From: an uncultured Spirochaetaceae bacterium
GTDB lineage: Bacteria > Spirochaetota > Spirochaetia > SZUA-6 > DRHE01
Assembly (NCBI GenBank): GCA_964390045.1
Contig: CAYMGP010000035.1
Coordinates: 1-39,342, forward strand
Length of the DNA: 39,342 bases
Direction: 5' to 3'
Position 1 is the stretch's first letter. Every line of letters starts with the position of its first letter. This document shows positions 1-8,494 of the stretch, in pieces. The notes below the pieces were generated by a model. It searched no databases, was not told the DNA's origin, and saw nothing but the letters and a program-made list of their open reading frames with translations. The translations under genes and the position numbers were made by a program.

Positions 1-1281
1 TTCTACTGGGAAATGCCGGTGCTGATCCAGCGGCTCTGCGGTATCTGTCCGGTCAGCCATCATCTGTGCGCCGCCAAGGCCACGGATGTGATCGTCGGGG
101 CCGACAAGATCCCCGTCACGGCGGAGAAGATGCGGCGCCTGATGCACTTCGGGCAGACCTTTCAGTCCCACGCCCTGCACTTCTTCCACCTCTGCTCTCC
201 TGACTTCCTGTTCGGATTCGATGCCGATCCGGCGATCCGCAATGTGATCGGAGTGGCAGAGAAGCACCCGGACCTGGCCAGGATGGCCATCCTGATGCGC
301 AAGTACGGCCAGGAGGTAATCAAGGCCACAGCGGGCAAGAAGATCCACGGCACCGGCGCGATTCCGGGCGGGATCAACAAAAACCTCACGATTGAAGAGC
401 GGGATTTTCTGAAGAAAGACGCAGACCAGATGGTCCAGTGGTCGATCGACGGCCTCGAGCTGTTCAAGAAGATACTGCATGAAAACCTCGAATACCTGGT
501 TAATTTCGCAGCCTTCGACTCCAACCATCTCAGCCTGGTGCGGGCCGACGGCTGTCTCGACATCTACGACGGGGTATTGAGAGCCAAGAGCGCCGACGGG
601 AAGATCATCTTCGATCAGGTTCAGCCCAAGGACTATCTCGAGTACATCCGCGAGGAGGTCCGGCCCTGGAGCTACATGAAGTTCCCCTTTATAACGAGCC
701 TGGGCATGGAGAAGGGCTGGTACCGCGTCGGACCGCTGGCCCGGATCAACAACTGCGATTTCATTGACACCCCGCTTGCGGAAAAGGAACGCCAGGAGCT
801 CATGAGTCTGACCGGCGGCAAGCCCAACAACTCCACGTTGGCCTATCACTGGGCGCGGCTGATCGAGGTGTTGTACTGCGCGGAAAAGATCAAGGAGCTG
901 CTGGACGACAAGGATCTTCAGGGCACGGACCTGGTCACCGAGGGTAAGCACCGGGACGAGGGCATTGCCATTCTCGAGGCGCCCCGGGGGACGTTGTTCC
1001 ATCACTACAGGATCAATGACACCGATCAGGTCACCATGGCCAACCTGATCGTCTCTACGACGAACAACAACGAGCCGATGAACCAGGCGGTGGAGTGGGT
1101 GGCCAGAAACGAGCTCGAGGGTCAGAAGATCACAGAAGGGCTGCTCAACCATGTGGAGGTGGCCATCAGGGCCTACGATCCCTGTCTGAGTTGCGCGACC
1201 CACGCCGTGGGACAGATGCCGTTGATCGTGCGATTGGAAGGACACGACGGCGATTTGATCCACGAGCGTATAAAGGAATAG
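1..1281 (+). CDS. [NiFe]-hydrogenase large subunit, 5' end outside window (group 3 / MvhA-like)
   Basis: The frame is open from the window edge. Near the N-terminus there is the RxCGxCxxxH nickel-site motif (RLCGICPVSHH). Near the C-terminus there is DPCLSCATH, followed by a tail of about 25 aa of the kind removed by the maturation protease. A protease gene lies immediately downstream. Confidence 0.85.
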   Translation, partial: FYWEMPVLIQRLCGICPVSHHLCAAKATDVIVGADKIPVTAEKMRRLMHFGQTFQSHALHFFHLCSPDFLFGFDADPAIRNVIGVAEKHPDLARMAILMRKYGQEVIKATAGKKIHGTGAIPGGINKNLTIEERDFLKKDADQMVQWSIDGLELFKKILHENLEYLVNFAAFDSNHLSLVRADGCLDIYDGVLRAKSADGKIIFDQVQPKDYLEYIREEVRPWSYMKFPFITSLGMEKGWYRVGPLARINNCDFIDTPLAEKERQELMSLTGGKPNNSTLAYHWARLIEVLYCAEKIKELLDDKDLQGTDLVTEGKHRDEGIAILEAPRGTLFHHYRINDTDQVTMANLIVSTTNNNEPMNQAVEWVARNELEGQKITEGLLNHVEVAIRAYDPCLSCATHAVGQMPLIVRLEGHDGDLIHERIKE

Positions 1282-1361
1282 GCAGGGGCTGGCGATTGGC
1301 CGGATGGCGTGCCGATGGCGAGTCAAAGGCCTGTCGGGCGCGGCAATCGAGGCGTTGGCAG

Positions 1362-2249
1362 TTGAAGGATAACAGCGGTGCGCCGAGCGGTGCGCCGAAC
1401 GGTGCGCCGAACGGTGCGCTGCGGATCTTGATCCTGGGCTACGGAAATCCGGGAAGGCAGGATGACGGCCTGGGTCCGGCGATAGTCGATGCGATAGAGC
1501 GGCTCGATTTGCCGGCGGTTGCGGTCGAAGCGGACTATCAGCTGGTCATCGAGCATGCGGCCGACCTGGCCGAGGCCGATGCGGTAGTATTCGTAGATGC
1601 AGCGGCCACAGGGCCCGAACCCTTTGAGGTGAAGCGGCTGGAGCCCTTGCTGGCGATCGAGTTTACGACCCACACGATTGGGCCGGAATCGGTGCTCGCC
1701 ATCTGCGAGGACACCTACGGGTGCAGGCCCGAAGCCTTGCTGGTGGCGGTCAGGGGCTACTCCTTCGAGTTCGCCGAAGGCCTCACAGAGGGGGCCCACC
1801 GGAACGAGAGCGAGGCTCTGGAGTTTATAAAACTACTTATCGATCAGTGGAGAGGGAAAAACATGGCAGGTGAAACCGGAAAAACGATCCTCATAATCGA
1901 CGACGATCCGGACATCCGCGCGGCTACGCGTATCGTCCTGGAGTCCGCAGGATTTGTCGTGGGTGAGGCTTCCACGGGGGAGGAAGGATTGAAAACGGCT
2001 CGCAAGATCAAGCCGGATGCCATCCTCCTGGACCTGATGATGGAAACCGTGGACGCGGGCAGCAAGGTCTCTACTCAGCTCAAGGACGCGGGCTTTGCGG
2101 CCCCGATATTCCTGCTGAGCTCCGTCGGAGATGCGGTGCGCTACAACATCGATGCGAAGGAGCTCGGTCTGGCCGGGATCTTTCAGAAGCCGATCGATCA
2201 TAAGACACTGCTGACGACCTTAAAAGCGGAGCTTGGTATCAAGGGCTGA
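1362..2249 (+). CDS. Hydrogenase maturation endopeptidase (HycI/HybD/FrhD family) fused in frame to a CheY-like receiver (REC) domain
   Basis: The protease core is LRILILGYGNPGRQDDGLGP ... FTTHTIGP, with the conserved GN..DDG metal site and a conserved His. The same frame continues with no stop into MAGETGKTILIIDDDPD ... ILLDLMM ... LLSSVGD ... FQKP, which is a complete REC domain with all conserved residues. The start is uncertain: TTG at about 1362 with GAGGCG upstream, or a CTG/TTG near 1419-1428. The longer ATG-initiated ORF from 1095 overlaps the hydrogenase 3' end and is unlikely. Confidence 0.55.
   Translation: MKDNSGAPSGAPNGAPNGALRILILGYGNPGRQDDGLGPAIVDAIERLDLPAVAVEADYQLVIEHAADLAEADAVVFVDAAATGPEPFEVKRLEPLLAIEFTTHTIGPESVLAICEDTYGCRPEALLVAVRGYSFEFAEGLTEGAHRNESEALEFIKLLIDQWRGKNMAGETGKTILIIDDDPDIRAATRIVLESAGFVVGEASTGEEGLKTARKIKPDAILLDLMMETVDAGSKVSTQLKDAGFAAPIFLLSSVGDAVRYNIDAKELGLAGIFQKPIDHKTLLTTLKAELGIKG
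1376..1423 (+). repeat. Tandem 12-nt repeat (R-CGGTGCGCCGA), about 3.7 copies, encoding (GAPS/GAPN)n
   Basis: Direct reading gives gcggtgcgccga / gcggtgcgccga / acggtgcgccga / acggtgcgctgc. Confidence 0.8.
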
Positions 2250-2271
2250 AAAAGCCGCCCGACGAGGACGA

Positions 2272-2682
2272 TCAATCCTTTTTTGAAGAAATTTTCTCTT
2301 CCAGCTCCCTGAGCCTTTTGGTCATCAAATTTATCTGGAACTCGATCGAGTTGAGAACCCAGAACTGGAAATGGTCGACCTTGCTCTGCCGGTGGATCAT
2401 CCAGATGATTTTGAGGGAGACGAGCAGCAGGGCCAACTCCATAGAGAGAAAACGGGGCAGGGTCGACACGACTACGCTGAAGACCTCTCTCACGATATCG
2501 AACATAAACAGGCTCAGCACGACGACTAGAAAGATGATGTTTATCAGGCGATCCTGGCGCTTTGAGGTTTTTCCTCCTATCTGGCCGAGGATCTTGCGAA
2601 CCCTTTCTTTCTCGTCTTTGTAGTGCTCCAGCTCTTGTCGAAGTATTTCTGCTTCGTCCATAGAAACCAAGGTAGTATTCAT
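2272..2682 (-). CDS. Hypothetical small membrane protein (coiled-coil termini, two central TM helices)
   Basis: 136-aa ORF with central hydrophobic stretches (IIFLVVVLSLFMF, LALLLVSLKIIWMI) and charged, heptad-like termini. It has lower GC than its neighbours. I recognise no family. Confidence 0.4.
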   Translation of the reverse strand: MNTTLVSMDEAEILRQELEHYKDEKERVRKILGQIGGKTSKRQDRLINIIFLVVVLSLFMFDIVREVFSVVVSTLPRFLSMELALLLVSLKIIWMIHRQSKVDHFQFWVLNSIEFQINLMTKRLRELEEKISSKKD

Positions 2683-2803
2683 TCCCGGCTTTCGTCAAGG
2701 TTCGTTCGCCGCAGGCTCGAGCTGCAGGCTCGAGCCGCAGGCAGTCATATTTTTCTTGATTCTGATCTCCGAATTCAGTTTATTTTCAGGTAAGGAGGCG
2801 GAC

Positions 2804-5725
2804 ATGCTCATGAAAAATATGCGTAGGAACGGGTTTTTCGCGGCAAGCCTGTTCATCTTGCTGACTGCCGCGATCGCGCTGCTGGCCGGTTGTGCGGGGC
2901 AGGCAGCGGCTGAAACAGAATCACGGCAATCTCAACCTTCATTCGAGCAGGAGGCTGAGCAGGAGGCTGAGCGGAGCGTCGAGCTTTCACCTGCAGCCGC
3001 TATCCCTGTGGATCCCGAGGTGCGCGGGGGCAGGCTGGCCAACGGCCTGCAGTACTATGTGCGGCCCAACGGCAAGCCTGAAAACCGAGCCGAGCTTCGT
3101 CTGGTCGTCGACGCGGGCAGTATTCTCGAGGACGAGGACCAGCTCGGTCTGGCCCACTTCGTGGAGCACATGGCATTCAACGGGACGGAGCACTTCGAAA
3201 AGCAGGAGATCGTCGACTATCTCGAATCCATAGGCATGTCCTTCGGTCCGGAGGTCAACGCCTACACGAGCTACGATGAAACCGTGTATATGCTGCAGGT
3301 TCCCACGGACGATCCCGAAGTGATGGAAACGGCGGTCCAGATCCTCGAGGATTGGGCGCATCTGATCAGCTTCGAGCCCGAGGAGGTGGAGAAGGAGAGG
3401 CCGATCATCATCGAGGAATGGCGTCTAGGCAGGGGAGCGGAGGCCCGCATGAGGGACAAGCAGTTTCCCATCCTGTTCAAGGATTCCCGCTACGCCGAGA
3501 GGCGGCCGATCGGCAAGGTGGAGATCATCGAGTCGGCAGGCGTGGAGACCCTGCGCCGTTTCTACAGGGACTGGTACCGGCCCGATCTGATGGCCGTGAT
3601 CGCGGTGGGAGATTTCGATGCCGAGTGGATGGAGGATCTCGTTCGCAGGTACTTCGGCAGGATCGAGGCTCCTGAGAAAGTGCGGGAACGCAAGCTCTAC
3701 CCTGTGCCGCCGCATGAGGGCACCCTGTACGCTCCGGCAACGGACCCCGAAGCCACCTCGACCCGGGTAAGCCTGTACGTGAAAACCGATCCCGAGCCCA
3801 TCGAGACGATCGCCGATTATCGACGTGACATCGTAGAATCTATGTACAACGGGATGTTGAACGAGCGCTTTCAAGAGCTGGCCAAGCAAGCCGCTGCTCC
3901 CTTCGTGGCGGCGGGCTCTTTGAGCCGCAGATTCATCCGCAGCCAGGAGGCCTACGTGCTGGCGGCCATGGTGCGGGAGGAAAAGATACTGGAATCCCTG
4001 CATGTGCTCCTCTCAGAGTCGGAGCGGGTAAAGCGCTACGGCTTTACCGATTCGGAGCTGGAGCGCATGAAAGAGCGTTTCCTGGCCTGGATCGAGCAGG
4101 CATACCTGGACCGGGAGAACATCGAGTCCGAAATCCTGGCCGATGCTTTTAGAGACAACTTCCTCGAGGGGGAGCCCATTCCCGCCATCGAGTTCGAATA
4201 CAGGCTGTTCCAGCGCTACGTTCCCCAAATTAGCTTGGAGGAGGTCAATGCCAAGGCAGAGGAGCTGCTGCGCGCCGACAATCGGGTGGTGCTGGTCAAC
4301 GCCCCGGAGAGCGAGATCCCCGGCGTGCCCGAAGAGGCGGAGCTGCAGGCTCTGTTTGCCGGCCTGTCCTCGGAAACGCTTTCTCCCTACGAAGACAAAA
4401 CGGTGCAGCAGCCTCTCTTCACAGCCCGGCTCGAGGCGCCGGAGGTCGAGGAGAGAACGACCATAGCCGAATTAGGAGTCCATGAGCTGCTTCTGTCAAA
4501 CGGAGTCCGCCTCGTGCTCAAAGCCACGGATTTCAAAGAGGAGGAAATCCTCTTCGGGGCCTTCAGCCCCGGCGGTCATTCCCTCGTTCCCGATGAGGCC
4601 TACGTGGCCGCTGTCACCGCCTCTGCGATCGTTGCCGAAGGCGGGCTCGACGGATTTGACGCCATCTCCCTGCAGAAGAAACTGGCAGGTAAGAACGTTG
4701 CCGTGGATCCCTGGATCGGGGAGCTGTACGAGGGAATGCGGGGCAGCACCCGGCCTCAGGATCTGGAGACGCTCCTGCAGCTGATTTACCTGTACTTCAC
4801 GGAGCCCCGCCTGGACAGGGAAGCCTTCCTGGCCTACAAGGAACGGCTCAAAGCCCAGGTCGCGAACAGGGAATCCTCACCTACGGCCGTATTCTGGGAT
4901 ACGGTACGTCTGGCCCTTTCCCAAGAACATTTTCGTTCCCGGCCCTGGACCCAGGAGGTGCTCGAGGAAATGGACCTGGAGCTCTCACTCGGAGTGTACC
5001 GGGAGCGCTTCGCCGAAGCTGGGGATTTCACCTTTGTGTTTGTGGGTAATTTCGAGCCGCAGCAGATCGAGCCTTTGCTCGTCAGATACCTGGGATCTCT
5101 GCCGGCGGCGGGAAGAGTCGAATCCTGGCAGGATCTGGAAATCGATCCGCCTGCCGGGATCGTGGAAAAAGAGGTGAGGAAGGGACTCGAGCCGCAAAGC
5201 CGGGTACAGATCGTGTTCAGCGGTGCCGCGCAGTGGTCACTGCAGCGAAGGTTGCAGCTCGAAGCTCTCAAACAGGTGCTCGACATAGCCTTGCGGGAGA
5301 ATGTTCGCGAGGAGGCGGGCGGCTCCTACGACGTGGGGGTGGATGCCGAGCTGAGCCGCTATCCCGACGAGGAGTATTTCTTCTACATCGGTTTCGGCTG
5401 TGCTCCCGAACAGGTGGAGACTCTGACGGCCCTGGTGTTCGATCAGGTTCGACAGCTGCGGGAGCAGGGACCGAAGGAAAAAAACGTGGAAAAGGTCAGG
5501 GAGATCCTGCGGCGGGATCACGAGCAGAACCTGAGGGAAAACGACTACTGGCGGGGTATCCTGCAGATGGCGTACCTAAACGATCTCGAGCCTCGCGTCC
5601 TGTTGGATTTTGACACGAGACTTGAAAGCATTACAGCCGCCGGCCTGCAACTGCTGGCCGGACAACTGCTCAGGTCCGAAGATTACCTGCGGGTCGTGCT
5701 CTACCCGGAAGATTTTCCAGATTGA
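2804..5725 (+). CDS. M16 (pitrilysin/insulinase) family zinc peptidase, two-domain, lipoprotein
   Basis: Inverted zincin motif HFVEHMAFNGTEHF (HxxEH). GGAGG sits 7 nt before ATG 2804. The signal peptide ends in a canonical lipobox LLAGC. Its length is consistent with an active N-terminal plus inactive C-terminal M16 domain pair. A short QEAEQEAE linker is encoded by a 12-nt tandem duplication. Confidence 0.85.
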   Translation: MLMKNMRRNGFFAASLFILLTAAIALLAGCAGQAAAETESRQSQPSFEQEAEQEAERSVELSPAAAIPVDPEVRGGRLANGLQYYVRPNGKPENRAELRLVVDAGSILEDEDQLGLAHFVEHMAFNGTEHFEKQEIVDYLESIGMSFGPEVNAYTSYDETVYMLQVPTDDPEVMETAVQILEDWAHLISFEPEEVEKERPIIIEEWRLGRGAEARMRDKQFPILFKDSRYAERRPIGKVEIIESAGVETLRRFYRDWYRPDLMAVIAVGDFDAEWMEDLVRRYFGRIEAPEKVRERKLYPVPPHEGTLYAPATDPEATSTRVSLYVKTDPEPIETIADYRRDIVESMYNGMLNERFQELAKQAAAPFVAAGSLSRRFIRSQEAYVLAAMVREEKILESLHVLLSESERVKRYGFTDSELERMKERFLAWIEQAYLDRENIESEILADAFRDNFLEGEPIPAIEFEYRLFQRYVPQISLEEVNAKAEELLRADNRVVLVNAPESEIPGVPEEAELQALFAGLSSETLSPYEDKTVQQPLFTARLEAPEVEERTTIAELGVHELLLSNGVRLVLKATDFKEEEILFGAFSPGGHSLVPDEAYVAAVTASAIVAEGGLDGFDAISLQKKLAGKNVAVDPWIGELYEGMRGSTRPQDLETLLQLIYLYFTEPRLDREAFLAYKERLKAQVANRESSPTAVFWDTVRLALSQEHFRSRPWTQEVLEEMDLELSLGVYRERFAEAGDFTFVFVGNFEPQQIEPLLVRYLGSLPAAGRVESWQDLEIDPPAGIVEKEVRKGLEPQSRVQIVFSGAAQWSLQRRLQLEALKQVLDIALRENVREEAGGSYDVGVDAELSRYPDEEYFFYIGFGCAPEQVETLTALVFDQVRQLREQGPKEKNVEKVREILRRDHEQNLRENDYWRGILQMAYLNDLEPRVLLDFDTRLESITAAGLQLLAGQLLRSEDYLRVVLYPEDFPD
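2948..2971 (+). repeat. 12-nt tandem duplication caggaggctgag x2 (QEAE-QEAE) in the lipoprotein linker
   Basis: Read directly from the sequence. Confidence 0.7.
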
Positions 5726-5746
5726 TTGGCCCTCAGCCCCCCAATC

Positions 5747-5775
5747 CCCCGGCCCGCCGGTTCTCCGAGCCGGGG
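5747..5775 (+). terminator. Possible weak bidirectional terminator between the convergent M16 and lipoprotein genes
   Basis: A 7-bp GC stem (CCCCGGC ... GCCGGGG) with a 15-nt loop. The T-run (cttttt) lies about 18 nt downstream, so it is a poor intrinsic terminator. Confidence 0.3.
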
Positions 5776-5800
5776 AGACTTTGGGGTGCAACTTTTTGTT

Positions 5801-6760
5801 TCAATCGGGATACAGCAGGGTATCGGGGTGGAAGGCGTACCAGGCGAACCAGAAATCCCGCTCTTTGACGATTTCCCGCTGCGAGCTCAGGTCCGTGACG
5901 GTGACGATGCCCGCCTCATCCCGGGTGATGCGGATCTTTGTACCGGCCACCGTGTCCTCGATCGTGCCCTGTTCCAGCAGATCCTCCTCCTTGTACGCCT
6001 TGTAAACCCCGTTTACCTCGATGCCGAAAATCACGGTCTTGGGATGAACCCGTTGGTCCGAGTTTTCAACGGGAAACATCATCCGGGAATCCACGTAGTA
6101 GCTGCCGTAGGGGTCCCTGCCGTAGGGCCGGGAGAAGCCCGTATCCCGGCTCAGCACCTCGGAGTCGGGATGTAGATTTTTCCACTGACCCCAGGTCACC
6201 GTGTCGATGGAAACCGCGGTGAGCTCTCTGCCCGTCAGCTCGCCCACGATGGCTTTTCCGTCTATCTGCGACCACCAGGTGTCCGTTCGGCGGTCGTACA
6301 TTACCAGGTTCGAGTTGTACAGCTTCCCCGTGGTTCCGAACTCCACAGCCTGACCGTCGATGCGCCGCTGGTAGGCGATCCCCGAGCCGCAGAGCGGACA
6401 GTAGGTGACCAGAATCGGATCTCCGGCGATCGTGTCATTGACGATCTCGTGCCAGACGAGGATCTGAAAGGGATATACCCGTTTCACGCCCTTGTGGACG
6501 ATGGCCAGAACCAGCTCGTTGTCCTCGATCCAGGAATCCGCCTCGGAGAGCGGCACAAATTTGGGATTGTCTAGCGAAGGGATCCCGTCCTTGGGAGGCC
6601 CGCCGCCGAGGATCTTATCGGGATCCACCAGATACTTGACTCCCCTGGAGTCGGTTTTTATATCAGAATTCTCATCCTGCGTGCCGCTGCTGTTCTGTTG
6701 GGAACAGCCTATAAATGCAGCCAGGGTGAGCACGCCTGCAATCATGAGCAATCGTTTCAT
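5801..6760 (-). CDS. Secreted lipoprotein, DUF3179-like
   Basis: Signal peptide with a lipobox (LAAFIGC). Motifs DGIPSLDNPKF, VWHEIVND, YCPLCGSG and WFAWYAFHPDT match what I recall of DUF3179. I am not certain of the family assignment. Confidence 0.55.
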   Translation of the reverse strand: MKRLLMIAGVLTLAAFIGCSQQNSSGTQDENSDIKTDSRGVKYLVDPDKILGGGPPKDGIPSLDNPKFVPLSEADSWIEDNELVLAIVHKGVKRVYPFQILVWHEIVNDTIAGDPILVTYCPLCGSGIAYQRRIDGQAVEFGTTGKLYNSNLVMYDRRTDTWWSQIDGKAIVGELTGRELTAVSIDTVTWGQWKNLHPDSEVLSRDTGFSRPYGRDPYGSYYVDSRMMFPVENSDQRVHPKTVIFGIEVNGVYKAYKEEDLLEQGTIEDTVAGTKIRITRDEAGIVTVTDLSSQREIVKERDFWFAWYAFHPDTLLYPD

Positions 6761-6829
6761 AATAGCTGCCTCCTATCTGATAGTGGGACGCAGCTTGATT
6801 TATTAATCTTACTTTTTTAGTAATCTTCA

Positions 6830-6849
6830 ATCGACCAACATCGACCAAC
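6830..6849. repeat. Tandem 10-bp repeat ATCGACCAAC x2 in the divergent promoter region
   Basis: Read directly. It lies about 60-80 nt upstream of the ECF sigma factor start. Confidence 0.7.
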
Positions 6850-6910
6850 CGCCTCAGATCTCCTGATGCCTGTTGCAGCATGGATAGTTACAGATTACTA
6901 TCAATAACAG

Positions 6911-7540
6911 ATGGTGCAACGGCGCAACGAAGACTGGTTGAGAGAGCTGAAGAGCTCCGGCCCGGTTCGGGAGCAGGCCCTTGCCGACCTGCGGGCGATA
7001 CTGGTGCGCGGGCTCGGCTATGCTCTGCGGGGTTGGCGGAGAAGGACGGGCGGGGACTTCGAGGCTCTGACTGAGGATTTCTGCCAGGAAGCGCTGCTCC
7101 GCATCCTGGGAAACCTCGACAGCTTCGAGGGGCGAAGCCGTTTCACAACCTGGGCCCATAAGATCGCCGTGCGGGTTGCCCTGACCGAGCTCAGGCGCAA
7201 ACGCTGGCGGGATGTTTCTTTGGACAAACTGGTGGACGAAGAGGGCGGGGAGTCGATGATGGCCGACAGCGAGACCGGCCCGGAATCCGCCGCTCAGCGA
7301 TCCGATCTGGTTTCCTGGATGAAACGCCTCATGTCCGAGGAGCTGACCGAGAAGCAGCGTACCGCCATTACGGCCATTGCCTTCGCCGGGATGCCCATAG
7401 AAGAGGTTGCCCGCCGCCTGGATACCAACAGAAATGCTCTTTACAAACTGCTGCACGACGGCCGGCTGCGCCTGAAGCGCCGCCTGGCGCAGGAGGGAAT
7501 GAGCCCGCAGGACATCCTGGAAAGCATGAGCGGAAGGTAA
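6911..7540 (+). CDS. ECF-type RNA polymerase sigma factor (sigma-70 family, regions 2 and 4)
   Basis: Region-2-like EALLRILGNLDSFEGRSRFTTWAHKIAVRVALTELRR. Region-4 HTH IEEVARRLDTNRNALYKLLHDGRLRLKRRL. Confidence 0.8.
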   Translation: MVQRRNEDWLRELKSSGPVREQALADLRAILVRGLGYALRGWRRRTGGDFEALTEDFCQEALLRILGNLDSFEGRSRFTTWAHKIAVRVALTELRRKRWRDVSLDKLVDEEGGESMMADSETGPESAAQRSDLVSWMKRLMSEELTEKQRTAITAIAFAGMPIEEVARRLDTNRNALYKLLHDGRLRLKRRLAQEGMSPQDILESMSGR

Positions 7541-7584
7541 GAAATGAGCGGGCCGCTTCATCAAATAGGGGAGAGCGAGTACAG

Positions 7585-7896
7585 ATGAGCTTCTTTGCGA
7601 AAGTAGGAAAATTTTTACGGTCCCTGTTTTTGGCGCGAGCCGGGCGGGCCGTTGACGAAATCGAACGGCTCAAGGGCATGATCCAAATGATAGAGGCCAC
7701 GGAAGACACAGAGATCGCCTGCGGAGAAGCGTATCGTCTGCTCGACCAGTTCGCCGACATGCTGCTGCGCGGCGAAGATGCGGCGGCGCTCATGCCTCAG
7801 GTGCAGCATCATCTGGAGATCTGCATGGACTGCCGCGAAGAGCTGGAGGCCCTGCTCGACGCCCTGCGCGCGACACGCGCAACGGGAGCGGCCTGA
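7585..7896 (+). CDS. Putative cytoplasmic zinc-binding (ZAS-type) anti-sigma factor
   Basis: C-x29-H-x3-C-x2-C (C46 ... HLEICMDC), reminiscent of RsrA-type anti-sigma factors. There is no TM segment. It sits immediately downstream of the ECF sigma gene. The true start may be an internal ATG near 7678-7687, which would place the first Cys at about residue 12 as in RsrA. Confidence 0.5.
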   Translation: MSFFAKVGKFLRSLFLARAGRAVDEIERLKGMIQMIEATEDTEIACGEAYRLLDQFADMLLRGEDAAALMPQVQHHLEICMDCREELEALLDALRATRATGAA

Positions 7897-7957
7897 GCTG
7901 CCTGATCGATCGAAGCACTCGGAGCAGTGGAAGCAGCGTCTGTCTGGAAATAAAAAA

Positions 7958-7992
7958 GGCCGTTCCGGAAGGTAAACTTTTCCGGAACAGCC
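7958..7992. terminator. Bidirectional intrinsic terminator between the convergent anti-sigma and hsp20 genes
   Basis: Perfect 9-bp stem GTTCCGGAA / TTCCGGAAC with a 9-nt loop. On the minus strand it is followed by TTTTTTATTT. On the plus strand it is followed by a moderately T-rich stretch. Confidence 0.6.
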
Positions 7993-8016
7993 GTTGTTCT
8001 GTTTGACTGAGAAACC

Positions 8017-8439
8017 TTAGGCCTTCTTCACGTCGATTGTGCGTGGTTTGGCTTCGGGCTTCTTGGGAATGGTTACTACGAGCATCCCGTTGTTGAACTC
8101 AGCGTTGATTTTCTCGCGATCGGCATCTTTGGGCAGGACGAAAGTCCTGGCGAACTCTTTGGTCCGTCGTTCGCGAATCAGGTATCCGTTGCCCTGCTCT
8201 TCCTTTTTCTCCTCTTTCTTGGAGGAGAGAGTCAGAATGTTGTCCTCCACTTTCAGGTCGATGTCCTCTTCTGTAAGCCCGGGCAGCTCGGCTTCCATCA
8301 GGTAGCCGTCCTCGTTCTCCCGAACATCCACGGCCGGAGTTCTGCTTTTCCAGACCGGTGTATCGGTAAAGAAATCGTCGAGCAGATTGTCGAAGTCAAA
8401 CAGCTCGTTCGGTCTCGTGTATCTGATAAGTCCTTTCAT
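8017..8439 (-). CDS. Hsp20 / alpha-crystallin small heat-shock protein
   Basis: Alpha-crystallin domain (GYLMEAELPGLTEEDIDLKVEDNILTLS ... FARTFVLP ... AEFNNGMLVVTIPK). I start it at the internal ATG (MKGLIRYTRPNELFDFDN), which has AGGAGG 6 nt upstream. The longer ORF starting at 8511 would run through the promoter. Confidence 0.85.
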   Translation of the reverse strand: MKGLIRYTRPNELFDFDNLLDDFFTDTPVWKSRTPAVDVRENEDGYLMEAELPGLTEEDIDLKVEDNILTLSSKKEEKKEEQGNGYLIRERRTKEFARTFVLPKDADREKINAEFNNGMLVVTIPKKPEAKPRTIDVKKA

Positions 8440-8477
8440 CTCGCACCTCCTGTGTTTCTTACGTACATTAATATAAA

Positions 8478-8494
8478 TGCATATTTCGTGCCAA
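8478..8494 (-). promoter_or_regulatory. Sigma-54 (RpoN) -24/-12 promoter for hsp20
   Basis: The minus strand reads TGGCACGAAATATGCA, with GG and GC at exact consensus spacing (consensus TGGCACG-N4-TTGCW). It lies about 40 nt upstream of the hsp20 ATG. Confidence 0.5.

Noticed and set aside
1095-1361. ATG-initiated 5' extension of the protease ORF, overlapping the last 187 nt of the hydrogenase gene
   Set aside because: It would overlap the well-conserved hydrogenase C-terminus in another frame. Its translation (Arg/Gly-rich) is non-conserved. A TTG/CTG start after the hydrogenase stop is more plausible.
6880-7074. 64-aa ORF that would place the ECF sigma start further upstream
   Set aside because: It is in a different frame from the sigma gene, is Arg/Gly-rich, and has no RBS. 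The start at 6911 is used for the sigma factor, with low certainty on the exact start.
6854-7564. 236-aa minus-strand ORF opposite the ECF sigma factor; likewise 18238-19053(-) opposite prmC, 3425-4003(-) and 4834-5286(-) opposite the M16 peptidase, and 28102-29043(-) and 29159-29821(-) opposite giant gene 2
   Set aside because: They are antisense to genes with strong motif support and have no features of their own.
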